A stretch of 48,464 bases of DNA from positions 1 to 48,464 of the forward strand of contig CAZUSP010000002.1 of NCBI GenBank assembly GCA_964623505.1, written 5' to 3'. Positions 1 through 7,673 of this stretch are shown piece by piece. The notes under the pieces were generated by a model. That model was given only the letters and a program-made list of their open reading frames with translations, searched no databases and had not been told where the DNA came from. This stretch comes from an uncultured Candidatus Saccharibacteria bacterium. Its GTDB lineage: Bacteria; Patescibacteriota; Minisyncoccia; Minisyncoccales; UBA1441. Each line of letters begins with the position of its first letter. Positions within the stretch are counted from its first letter, which is position 1. The translations under genes and the position numbers were made by a program.

Positions 1-91
1 CGTTTGAGATTTTTCCTCTTTGATTTATGAATTAAATTTGGTAAGATAACGGAGAAAGTTTGAACTGGTTTAGTTTGAGCACTTTTGGCCG

Positions 92-167
92 GGGCCTGTA
101 GCTTAGTTGGCAGAGCGCCACATTTGCAATGTGGAGGTCGGGAGTTCGAATCTCCCCGGGTCCACCA
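92..167 (+). tRNA. tRNA-Ala (anticodon UGC), 3' CCA encoded
   Basis: Hand-folded cloverleaf. Acceptor GGGCCTG/CGGGTCC includes the G3:U70 alanine identity pair. Anticodon stem CCACA/TGTGG has loop TTTGCAA. T arm is GGGAG-TTCGAAT-CTCCC, followed by ACCA. Confidence 0.93.
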
Positions 168-177
168 TATTGAATTA

Positions 178-216
178 GCCGCCTCGCTCGGGGCTTCGCC
201 CCTCGCTTCGGCGGGC
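178..216. repeat. GC-rich hairpin element just 3' of tRNA-Ala (copy A of the TCGCTCGG-containing repeat family); possibly also a terminator
   Basis: gccgcc...ggggc-ttc-gcccc...ggcggg forms nested stems and is followed by agtttt. It shares the 11-mer tcgctcggggc (184-194) with 5024-5034. Confidence 0.4.
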
Positions 217-262
217 AGTTTTGCGAGAAAATCAAAGGGCTTTTTGAAATCAATTGAAAGTT

Positions 263-285
263 TTTGCTGGCTGATTTGGCGGTTC
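263..285. repeat. 23-bp perfect inverted repeat, left copy (tttgctggctgatttggcggttc)
   Basis: Exact reverse complement of 990-1012. The recombinase reading frame breaks at its right edge. Confidence 0.9.
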
Positions 286-850
286 AAGCCGAAGTAAAAA
301 TGATTTTTCAAAATATGTTCAACCGACGAAAGGGGCATTTTCTTTCCACTTTTCGGACCAACCAAGCCAAGAGAAAACATTTTGTCTCTGATTTGCGACA
401 AGGTGTAGTTTCCGGTGGCAAAAGCCCGCAAAACTTCTTTTATTTTGTTAAAAGTTTTTTTATTCGGTCCAATAGTTCTCAAACGAGGTTCGTTGAAATA
501 TCTGAGCGGGGCTTTTGCCAAAAGTTCGCCTCGCCTGATTTTCTGCCGAATACCGCGCAAAATGTTTTCTCTCAAATTGTCGGTGTAGTATTTCGCTTGC
601 CCGAAAGCGACACTTAACATAAATTTTCCTTGCGGTGTCGCTTCAAACCAAAATGTGGGAAATTTTAGCGAGGTAATTTTTCCGGTATCAACCAAGCAAA
701 TCACTTTGCCGCCGTCTATTGAATTTCTGGCTAATCTATCGGGATTCCATGCTAAAATTCCCGAAGCTCGGCAAGTTGCGCTTCAATAGACAAAATTTGT
801 CTTTCTTCTTCCTCTGTGGATTTTCGGCAATAGATGAAGCATTGGATCAT
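286..850 (-). pseudogene. serine recombinase (resolvase/invertase-type, large-serine-recombinase-like) pseudogene
   Basis: The minus-strand translation starts MIQCFIYCRKSTEEEERQILSIEAQLAELREF, which includes the catalytic-Ser motif, then hits a stop. It resumes out of frame as DRLARNSIDGGKVICLVDTGKI...FMLSVAFGQAKYYTDNLRENILRGIRQKIRRGELLAKAPLRY...SSVEHILKNHFYFGL. About 50 aa of the catalytic domain are missing, and the C-terminus is cut at position 286. Confidence 0.8.
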
Positions 851-989
851 AATTTTTACTCCTTAATTATTTTGAAAAAGGCAACGCTTTACATCGACAA
901 TTTAATGAAATCTCGCTTTGCCTTTCACCAAAGGCGAAAGAAAAAAATCGGCTTCTGTTTTTCAAAACAGGTAAACTTTTCAAGTTTAC

Positions 990-1012
990 GAACCGCCAAA
1001 TCAGCCAGCAAA
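990..1012. repeat. 23-bp perfect inverted repeat, right copy (gaaccgccaaatcagccagcaaa)
   Basis: Exact reverse complement of 263-285. It lies directly upstream of the 5'-truncated transposase reading frame. Confidence 0.9.
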
Positions 1013-2153
1013 TACCACCATTTTGAGCGAAGTTTAGTCAAGCATCACCGCTTACCAGATAAAGAGAGACAAAAGATAGTGGCTCTTCTCTGCCGTCGTT
1101 ATCCTGATTTTAAACCAACTCATGCTCAAGAGAAACTTGAAGAAAAGCGTGGTATTAACCGATGACCCCAAGACCATTAGACAGATAATGACCCAGGAGG
1201 GTCTATGGAAGCCCAAGGAACGCAGAAAAGCAGATTACCGGAGCGAGCCGGAGAGCTCGTAAAATCATTATGGAGAAAGGGGCAGTTTGGGTGGCTCCTA
1301 TGAGCATTGGTTTAAACAGAAAGATCCATCCTGCTGCTTGTTAGCAGCCATTGATGATGCCACCGGGATTGTTGCTCAAGCTAAGTTTATTAATGATGAA
1401 GGAATGTTTCCAGTGTTTGCCTTTTGGCAGGAATATTTCTTAATCCATGGCGAGCCCAGATCTATCTATTTGGACAAACTTTGGACTTACTACAACAATC
1501 TTGCTTCAGCCCCAGATGATGAAGAGATACTTATCCAGTTTCAGAGAGAAATGAGAGAGCTATCAATAGAGCCCATTACTGCTCATAGTCCTCAGGCCAA
1601 AGGCAGAATAGAACGTCTCTTTAATACCTTTCAGGATAGATTAATCAAAGAGCTGAGATTAAACAATATTTCTGACATTAAAGCGGCTAACAAGTTCCTT
1701 AAACAAGAATTTCTGCCCTGGTTTGATGACAAATACCTTGTTCAACCAACCAAGAGAACCAATCTTCATCGCAAGCTTAGCCAGAAAGAGAAAAAACAGT
1801 TGCCAGTCATTCTTTCTCGTCAGTCCTAAGGAGCAGTGCATAATGACTTCACTATTAGATTTAACAACCAATGGTATCAGCTTTTAAAAGACCAGCCAGC
1901 CGCTATTCTTCCCAAAGATAGGGTTTTAATTGAAAAAAGATTAGATAATTTTCTCTGGTTCTGTCCAAGAGGCAAGTATTTAAATTACAAAGTCCTGCCA
2001 GCCAAGCCCCAGAAACAAAACAATCAATCCTGGGTTATTGTTGCCCCAGGAAAGAAAGAGAGAAAACTCTACAAGCTTGGCAAAGACCATCCCCGGAGAA
2101 ACCTTCCCATCAATATGCCTTCTCCCACCAGAGAAGAAGTGACAGTTTCTTAA
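1013..2153 (+). mobile_element. degraded IS transposase gene (rve/DDE integrase core, ISNCY/IS481-like), 5'-truncated with at least 4 frame disruptions
   Basis: Fragments lie in three frames: YPDFKPTHAQEKLEEKRGI, then MTQEGLWKPKERRKADYRS, then GGSYEHWF..CCLLAAIDDATG...SIYLDK...HSPQAKGRIERLFNTFQDRLIKELRL, then NDFTIRFNNQWYQL...GKYLNYKVLP. The N-terminal HTH region is absent. Confidence 0.8.
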
Positions 2154-2157
2154 TTAA

Positions 2158-2199
2158 GAAACCTGACATTTCTACTTCTTTTAAAACCTGATATTTCTA
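2158..2199. repeat. two direct copies of aaacctgaYatttcta spaced 25 bp apart, just after the transposase stop
   Basis: gaaacctgacatttcta (2158-2174) and aaacctgatatttcta (2184-2199). They may be subterminal IS repeats. Confidence 0.5.
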
Positions 2200-2228
2200 A
2201 ATCCTTTTGACGTTGATAAGTTTATCTA

Positions 2229-2256
2229 TTGACAGAGGTTTCTGCGAGGGTACAAT
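2229..2256 (+). promoter_or_regulatory. candidate sigma70-type promoter for the surface-protein gene
   Basis: TTGACA (2229-2234), 16-nt spacer, TACAAT (2251-2256), about 50 nt upstream of the ATG at 2308. Confidence 0.35.
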
Positions 2257-2307
2257 AAAGAAGGTTGTTTTACTGTTAATAAAACAAATAATTAACAAAA
2301 TAAAAAC

Positions 2308-3903
2308 ATGAGCTCTAAAAAGATTATTTTAGGCGCTACTCTTTTGCTTGTTGCTGTTTTGGCCTTTAGTTTTTATCCCAGGTCGGCCAAAGCTCAAACG
2401 GTAGAAGAACTTCGGGCCCAGATAACTGAGCTAATTCAACCAATCCAGCGCATTCTAGAACAACTGGCCCAGTTGCAAAAAATTCAGTGTCAATCTAATG
2501 CTGATTGTGTTTGGTGTGGAGCATTTTGCATGAGTAAAAAGCTTGCAAGAAATTGTCCGCAAGTTTTACCGCCCACCGACTCTCAATGTGTTTGTAAAGA
2601 CGGAAAATGCGTGATCGAGAAAATAATCCAGCCATCGGCTGAAGATCCTGTTTCAGGCACCCTTTCGGTTGATAAAACTACAGCTAAAGTAAGAGAAAGC
2701 ATTACTCTGACCGTTAATGCCAAAGACAACCAGGGGGTAAGTGGTGTCCATGCTTTCTATCAAGGAAGATGGCATTGGCAAGGTTGTAACTGGGCAACTA
2801 CTTGTACCAAAACCTTTACTTTTTCGGAATCAACAGCCGGGACATATACTTATAGTGGCTATGTTCATGGAAGAAAAGTTGATGGTTTTTTAGAAGGAGC
2901 ATATACTACACCCCGCTTTGTGGAGGTAAAAATAACTGCCGTCCCAACTGCTTGTCCTGAGATTGCCCCAGCCTGTGGTAGCAATATAGATGAATGTATT
3001 AAGGCAGCACTTGAATTAGAGCGTCAATATCCAGGCTGTGAATATGTAAAGATGTGTGCTCAATGTAATTATCCAACCACCTGTAATGATGTTTGTAAAG
3101 CCAAAGGTTATTTAACCGGAAACTGCCGCGGTTGGTCAGTTACTCCAATTGCTGAAATGGGGTGTAAGGCTGGAGAATTAAATGTTGGATACACTCTTGA
3201 TTGTTATGCACCTGCCAAATTAGTCGGCATAGGCAAAACCTGTTGTTGTCAAAAAGCTGTACCTGCTTCATCCATCACTGTTCTTTCTCCTAACGGAGGG
3301 GAAAGGTGGATTTCCGGAACGTCTAACAATATATCCTGGAGATCAACAGGAATAAACAGAGTAAATATTTATTTGGTTGCTTCGTATAGAGGTGAACCTG
3401 AAATAGTCTGTGATTGTCTTGTTGGTCCGAATTGTTGTGCTCCTTGCGGCAGGCTAATAGCCTCGAATGTTCCTGCCAGTCCCTCAACATTTACTTGGAA
3501 TGTTCCAGCTAACGAAAGATTAACCGATAGGGCAAAAATCGCTATCCAATCAGCCGATGGCTATCCAAGTTGCACCGCCGATTACAGCGATAATTATTTC
3601 AGCATTACCTCTCCAGTTGTTACTCAATACACACTTACTGTTTCCAAAAATATAACGGCAGGGGGCAGCGTTATCAGCTCGCCCTCAGGCATTAATTGCG
3701 GAACAACCTGCTATGCTAATTTTACCAGCGGGTCAACTATTGCTTTGACCGCTACTCCCGCCAGCGGCTACACCTTCGCTGACTGGTCAGGTGCCTGTAA
3801 GGGAACCTCTGCTACCTGTACTGTTACAATGAATTCAAATCGATCGGTAACGGCTAATTTTGTAAGAGCGCGAGGCAATTACATACCGATTATTCCTTTC
3901 TAA
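2308..3903 (+). CDS. secreted Cys-rich multidomain surface protein (signal peptide, coiled segment, Cys-knot-like modules, Ig-like module, C-terminal InlB-B-repeat-like module)
   Basis: N-terminal KKIILGATLLLVAVLAFSF...AKA signal. Many CxxC/CC clusters. The C-terminal YTLTVSKNITAGGSVISSPSGINCGTTCYANFTSGSTIALTATPASGYTFADWSGAC matches the divergent InlB B-repeat pattern. Confidence 0.75.
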   Translation: MSSKKIILGATLLLVAVLAFSFYPRSAKAQTVEELRAQITELIQPIQRILEQLAQLQKIQCQSNADCVWCGAFCMSKKLARNCPQVLPPTDSQCVCKDGKCVIEKIIQPSAEDPVSGTLSVDKTTAKVRESITLTVNAKDNQGVSGVHAFYQGRWHWQGCNWATTCTKTFTFSESTAGTYTYSGYVHGRKVDGFLEGAYTTPRFVEVKITAVPTACPEIAPACGSNIDECIKAALELERQYPGCEYVKMCAQCNYPTTCNDVCKAKGYLTGNCRGWSVTPIAEMGCKAGELNVGYTLDCYAPAKLVGIGKTCCCQKAVPASSITVLSPNGGERWISGTSNNISWRSTGINRVNIYLVASYRGEPEIVCDCLVGPNCCAPCGRLIASNVPASPSTFTWNVPANERLTDRAKIAIQSADGYPSCTADYSDNYFSITSPVVTQYTLTVSKNITAGGSVISSPSGINCGTTCYANFTSGSTIALTATPASGYTFADWSGACKGTSATCTVTMNSNRSVTANFVRARGNYIPIIPF

Positions 3904-3911
3904 AAACATAG

Positions 3912-4380
3912 TTGCCGGCGGGTAGTACTATCACCAGCAGTCCTTCTGGCATCAGTTGCGGTGCAACCTGCTATGCTAATTTTACCAGCGGGTCGACCAT
4001 TGCTTTGACTGCTACTCCCGCCAGCGGCTACATCTTCACCGGCTGGTCAGATGCTTGCACAGGAACCTTTACCAACCGCACACTGTCTTGATGAATTCCA
4101 ATAAGTTGGTTGCGGCCAACTTTGCCTCAGCAACCGTTTCTACTGTTACTGTTGTGTCTCCAAAAGGAAGGAAACTTTTGTCCAAGGCATTATATATCAA
4201 ATAAGATGGTCCGGAGGAAAAGATAAAGTACAGATTGGTTTAGCAAGCACAACCCCCATCAGTCCCCTTGGTTGGATTAGTGTTTCAGCCAGTCCCAACA
4301 GTTCTACATATTAGGATGGCAAAAAAGCATACGACCTCTTAATGTCTACTTACTGGTCGGTTTCCCCAGGTTCATAGTTC
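3912..4380 (+). pseudogene. decayed 3' continuation of the surface-protein gene (second B-repeat copy plus a further domain, broken by stops and frameshifts)
   Basis: LPAGSTITSSPSGISCGATCYANFTSGSTIALTATPASGYIFTGWSDAC is near-identical DNA to 3655-3880. It continues in other frames as TVLMNSNKLVAANFASATVSTVTVVSPKG and then IYQIRWSGGKDKVQIGLASTTPISPLGWISVSASPNSSTY-stop. Confidence 0.7.
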
Positions 4381-4391
4381 AACTAAATAAT

Positions 4392-4660
4392 ATGGTAGAA
4401 ATCAATTCCGAAACCAAAAAATTGATTGGAGAAAATCCTTTAGCTTTTGCTACTGTTGATGACGCTGGCAAACCCAATGTAATCGGCGTTGCCTACGTTA
4501 AAATTGTTTCAAAAAATCAAATTCTTATTACCGATAATTACATAAGGCAAACAAGAGAAAATCTTGAAAAAATAATAGTGTTTGCCTCGCTGTTTGGGAT
4601 AAAAAATGGAATGCTGTAAAACTGATTAGCGACGCCGAATATTTTACAAGTGGTAAGATG
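4392..4660 (+). pseudogene. pyridoxamine 5'-phosphate oxidase-family (FMN-binding split barrel) gene remnant, frameshifted and 3'-truncated
   Basis: NPLAFATVDDAGKPNVIGVAYVKIVSKNQILITDNYIRQTRENLEK, then a -1 shift at an A6 run (4567-4572). The +1 frame continues NNSVCLAVWDKKWNAVKLISDAEYFTSGK. Confidence 0.6.
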
Positions 4661-4674
4661 TTTTTAAAAGGTAT

Positions 4675-4923
4675 TTGGCTTCGTTTGACCAGGAAATAAA
4701 TTACATTAGCCCAAAAGTTATAATAACTTTTGGCAACCAGGTTAGCTCTGTTTTGTTGAATAAAAATGTTAAAGTTTCAGAATTCAGAAAAAGGTATGAA
4801 TTAATTGATGTCAATGGAAACAAAGTAAAAGCATTTCCTGTTTATTATCCTGTTAGTCAAGGAATGAGAAATATAAAAAAAGCCGAAGAGGATATTGATT
4901 GGATAATAAAAAATGAAATTTAG
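4675..4923 (+). pseudogene. C-terminal fragment of a uracil-DNA glycosylase (family 4-like) gene
   Basis: ISPKVIITFGNQVSSVLLNKNVKVSEFRKRY...AFPVYYPVSQGMRN fits the UDG C-terminal half (PkvIv.lG motif and a degenerate HPS motif). No N-terminal half is present, and it abuts the PNPOx remnant. Confidence 0.5.
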
Positions 4924-4976
4924 AATTATTAGAAGAAAGCCTTTCTGATGAATGAAAACAAAAAATATTTTTTAAA

Positions 4977-5170
4977 CTCGCTCCTTCCAGTTGCGCCCCG
5001 TTGCGCCCTTGCTATATTTTGTTTCGCTCGGGGCGCACAACAAGGGATATACGGTTCGGGGCTCGGCTCGCCCCTCACCCAAATTTTACTCTGTTTTACT
5101 TCGCAAAACTTTGTATATCCCTAACGTTAAGTGAAATTTTGAGTTTTTTAACGTGGTTCGCCTTTCGATT
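4977..5170. repeat. GC-rich degenerate repeat element, copy B (upstream of ASCH gene)
   Basis: 9-bp stem tgcgccccg (4992-5000)/cggggcgca (5029-5037). Hairpin ggggc-tcggctc-gcccc (5058-5074). It shares tcgctcgg, ggttcgcct, acccaaattt and acgtta blocks with 5641-5800. Confidence 0.55.
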
Positions 5171-5202
5171 ATTTTATAAAGTTCAAAAAAATTAACTAAA
5201 TT

Positions 5203-5640
5203 ATGGAACATGTTGCAATAATGAGAAAATCTTGGAGATTGACTCAAAAAATTCTGTCTGGTCAAAAGAAAATTGAATCAAGATGGTATAAAGCCAAGTA
5301 TTCGCCATGGAATAAAATAAAATCTGGGGAAATTGTTTACTTTAAAGATTCTGGTGAACCTGTTACCATAAAAACAGAAGTCGATAAAGTGATTCAATTT
5401 TCTGATTTAACTCCGGAAAAAGTTAAAGAAATTTTGTATCAATATGGTCAAGCCGATGGTCTTGGTATTGATAATATTTCAGAATTTTTTGAGATGTTCA
5501 AAGATAAAAAATATTGCATGTTAATTTTTTTGAAAAATCCACAGAAAATCCAACCCTTTGAAATTGATAAATCTGGATTTGGTGCGATGTCTGCATGGAT
5601 TTCTGTTGATAATATTAATAGGATTAAGGCGAGCCCCTAA
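5203..5640 (+). CDS. ASCH domain protein
   Basis: 145 aa. ILSGQKKIESRW matches the ASCH G-x-K-x-x-E-x-R core, and the size is typical. Confidence 0.7.
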   Translation: MEHVAIMRKSWRLTQKILSGQKKIESRWYKAKYSPWNKIKSGEIVYFKDSGEPVTIKTEVDKVIQFSDLTPEKVKEILYQYGQADGLGIDNISEFFEMFKDKKYCMLIFLKNPQKIQPFEIDKSGFGAMSAWISVDNINRIKASP

Positions 5641-5800
5641 ACTCAAAACCCTCCCTCACTTCGTTCGGTTAGCACGTTGCACTCTCGCTATCGCTCGGCT
5701 CACTTAACACGGCTTATGAGGTTCGCCTCGTTGCACTCGCTTACCCAAATTTCACCAAGCGAAACTTCAGATAATCGCATACGTTACGCGCAACCGGCTA
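5641..5800. repeat. GC-rich degenerate repeat element, copy C (downstream of ASCH gene)
   Basis: tcgctcgg (5691-5698), ggttcgcct (5720-5728), acccaaattt (5743-5752). It is collinear with copy B, with the acccaaattt blocks 666 bp apart. Confidence 0.55.
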
Positions 5801-6015
5801 AAGTATTTAACTATATCTAAAACTTGGCGAGAAAAATTAGAAGAACAAAGTAAAAAATTTTGAAAAATATCTACAAAAACTATGAATTGGGCAGAAAAAA
5901 GAACACGGCAATTTTCCGAAAAACCAAGTTTGAATTTTTCCAACTTGAGGACTATTTGATAATTGTTTTTAGCTAAATCTAATTAAAATAAATATACTCA
6001 CTGAAAAAACCCACC

Positions 6016-6085
6016 ACGCCGGTTAGAAATTTTAATGGATGCTCACTGCCAAAAGATGTTGTTTCAAAAATTTCTAACGGGGCGT
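6016..6085. other. long imperfect hairpin in non-coding DNA
   Basis: acgcc+gttagaaattt (6016-6032) pairs with aaatttctaac+ggcgt (6068-6085), giving 16 bp in two blocks around a 35-nt loop. Confidence 0.5.
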
Positions 6086-6420
6086 CACTGGGTAATTTGA
6101 AAAAATAGTGAATAGCGGGCGGGGTAGTGGTTGCGGAAAGCTTACATGTCAAGCAATCTAAATAGGATACTAAAGTAAATCTTATTCTGCAATATATTTT
6201 GACACCAGTTCAGAAATTGTTAAACCCCTACCAAAATTTGCAAAATTTCTTGTGTGGAGGTAAAATCAGCAATAGAATTAATCATAAAAGAAAATTCAAA
6301 AGGTCAAGAACTATCAGCTGGAAATAATCAAAACCGACCAGCTGACAAAGAATTAACTAATCTACCATCTAGTCATTTTGTTACTGAAGCGGTTGAATAG
6401 TACAATTTATTGATAGTTTT

Positions 6421-6672
6421 ATGAAATTTACAAAGACTTTGGGTATGTTTTTGCTGGCCGTCGGTCTGGTTATAATCGGCTGGGACTTGTATTCTTCTTA
6501 CAATATTTTCACCGGCAAGATGGTAGTGCCAGGGATTTTTAGCGGGCCCGAAGAGGAGACATTGATTCAGCCGGAACAAATGACCGTAGAACAGATAATA
6601 GAAACGCAGTTAAGAAAAGCTTTTCCTATTGATGCCGACGTTCTGCCGGAAATGCTTAATTTGATTACTTGA
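6421..6672 (+). CDS. small membrane protein (one N-terminal TM helix), possibly truncated
   Basis: 83-aa ORF with a hydrophobic LGMFLLAVGLVIIGW segment. A second hydrophobic stretch (SILTFILIFGGSQIAAWAL) follows in frame after the TGA stop. Confidence 0.45.
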   Translation: MKFTKTLGMFLLAVGLVIIGWDLYSSYNIFTGKMVVPGIFSGPEEETLIQPEQMTVEQIIETQLRKAFPIDADVLPEMLNLIT

Positions 6673-6926
6673 AGCATTTTGACTTTCATTCTAATTTTTG
6701 GCGGTAGCCAAATTGCCGCTTGGGCATTAAATTGATAAAATAAAAAGGATTGCCATGCTGGCAAAAATTTAAAACCGTAACTAAGAAAAATCCTTGAGTA
6801 GACAAAAATTGAATTGCATAAAAAATTTCGGACGGGGAAAAGGGTGGTGTTGCTCAATGCAGGGAACTAAAAGTAGAAATTCAGAAACGCCTCTATTTTG
6901 GTCGTCAAAACCTAAGTAGCGCAACA

Positions 6927-7472
6927 ATGTTCACACCAACCAGGGCTTTTTTAACCAAAGGTGTTGGCATCCACAAAGATAAGCTGACCTCTTTTGAGCT
7001 GGCTTTGAGAGATGCCGGAATTGAGAAATTTAATTTAGTTTTTGTTTCCAGTATTTTGCCACCCAATTGCAAAATTATTCCCCGAGAAGAAGGACTGAGA
7101 CTTTTAGGGCCCGGCCAAATTACCTTTTGCGTTTTTTCTCGAAACGAAACCAATGAACCTAATCGTTTAATTTCCGCCGCCATTGGTCTTGCCATGCCAA
7201 AAGAAAGTGAACACTATGGTTATCTTTCCGAACACCATGGTTTTGGGCAAAAAGCTGAATTGGCCGGTGAGTATGCTGAAGATTTAGCTGCCACGATGTT
7301 GGCCTCTACTCTAGGAATAGAATTTGACCCGAAATTGGCCTGGCATGAAAGGGAACAAGTTTATAAAGCCAGTGGCCGGATTTTTAAAACTACCCATGTC
7401 TGTCAGTCGGTCGAAGGTAATAAAGATGGACTCTGGACGACCGCTATTGCTGCTACCATTCTATTAGAATAG
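6927..7472 (+). CDS. pdaD: pyruvoyl-dependent arginine decarboxylase
   Basis: 181 aa. TKGVG..., [11 protein letters not shown] (Ser-Ser self-cleavage site) and an overall PvlArgDC-family pattern. Confidence 0.85.
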   Translation: MFTPTRAFLTKGVGIHKDKLTSFELALRDAGIEKFNLVFVSSILPPNCKIIPREEGLRLLGPGQITFCVFSRNETNEPNRLISAAIGLAMPKESEHYGYLSEHHGFGQKAELAGEYAEDLAATMLASTLGIEFDPKLAWHEREQVYKASGRIFKTTHVCQSVEGNKDGLWTTAIAATILLE

Positions 7473-7483
7473 GCGGAAGATAG

Positions 7484-7672
7484 GAACGTTTCTCAAAGCA
7501 GAGAATCATTGGTGCGGCCAAAGAAACCTTTTTCTTACCGCCGATTAGTGATCTGTTCGCCCCGATTTTGTCTACCATTCCCATGCAGTTGATCGCTTAT
7601 TATACAGCGGTTGCCAGAGGATGTTCAGTTGATAAGCCCAGAAATCTGGCTAAAAGCGTGACGGTTGAATAA
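7484..7672 (+). pseudogene. glmS: relic of the glmS 3' end (glutamine-fructose-6-phosphate aminotransferase C-terminus, last ~62 codons only)
   Basis: The open frame reads ...[51 protein letters not shown]-stop, which is the hallmark GlmS C-terminus ([12 protein letters not shown]). It is preceded by an in-frame TAG, with no upstream coding. Confidence 0.75.
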
Positions 7673-7673
7673 G

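Noticed and set aside
32-297. ORFs 32..253 (-) and 85..297 (+) overlapping the first 300 bp.
   Set aside because: Both run through the tRNA-Ala gene and the GC-rich hairpin. They are artefacts of structured RNA sequence.
264-1165. Plus-strand ORFs 264..617 and 719..1165 offered by the ORF track.
   Set aside because: 264..617 is the antisense of the serine-recombinase pseudogene and has no protein-like features. Only the last ~50 codons of 719..1165 (YPDFKPTHAQEKL...) are genuine transposase sequence, and the 5' part crosses the recombinase promoter region and the inverted repeat.
3655-4135. A tandem ~258-bp repeat that might look like a repeat array.
   Set aside because: There are only two copies, both protein-coding in origin (B-repeat module), with no short spacer/repeat periodicity. 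It is not a CRISPR array, and none was seen elsewhere in the window.
5001-5195. A 64-aa ORF (MRPCYILFRSGRTTRDIRFGARLAPHPNF...).
   Set aside because: It coincides with GC-rich repeat copy B. The similarity to copy C is at the nucleotide and structure level and crosses frames, so it is better explained as a non-coding repeat.
6670-6745. Read-through of the TGA ending the 83-aa membrane ORF would add a second TM helix (SILTFILIFGGSQIAAWALN).
   Set aside because: With TGA functioning as a stop elsewhere, this more likely reflects a nonsense mutation in the decaying island, or chance. The sequence alone cannot settle it, so it is not called as an extended CDS.
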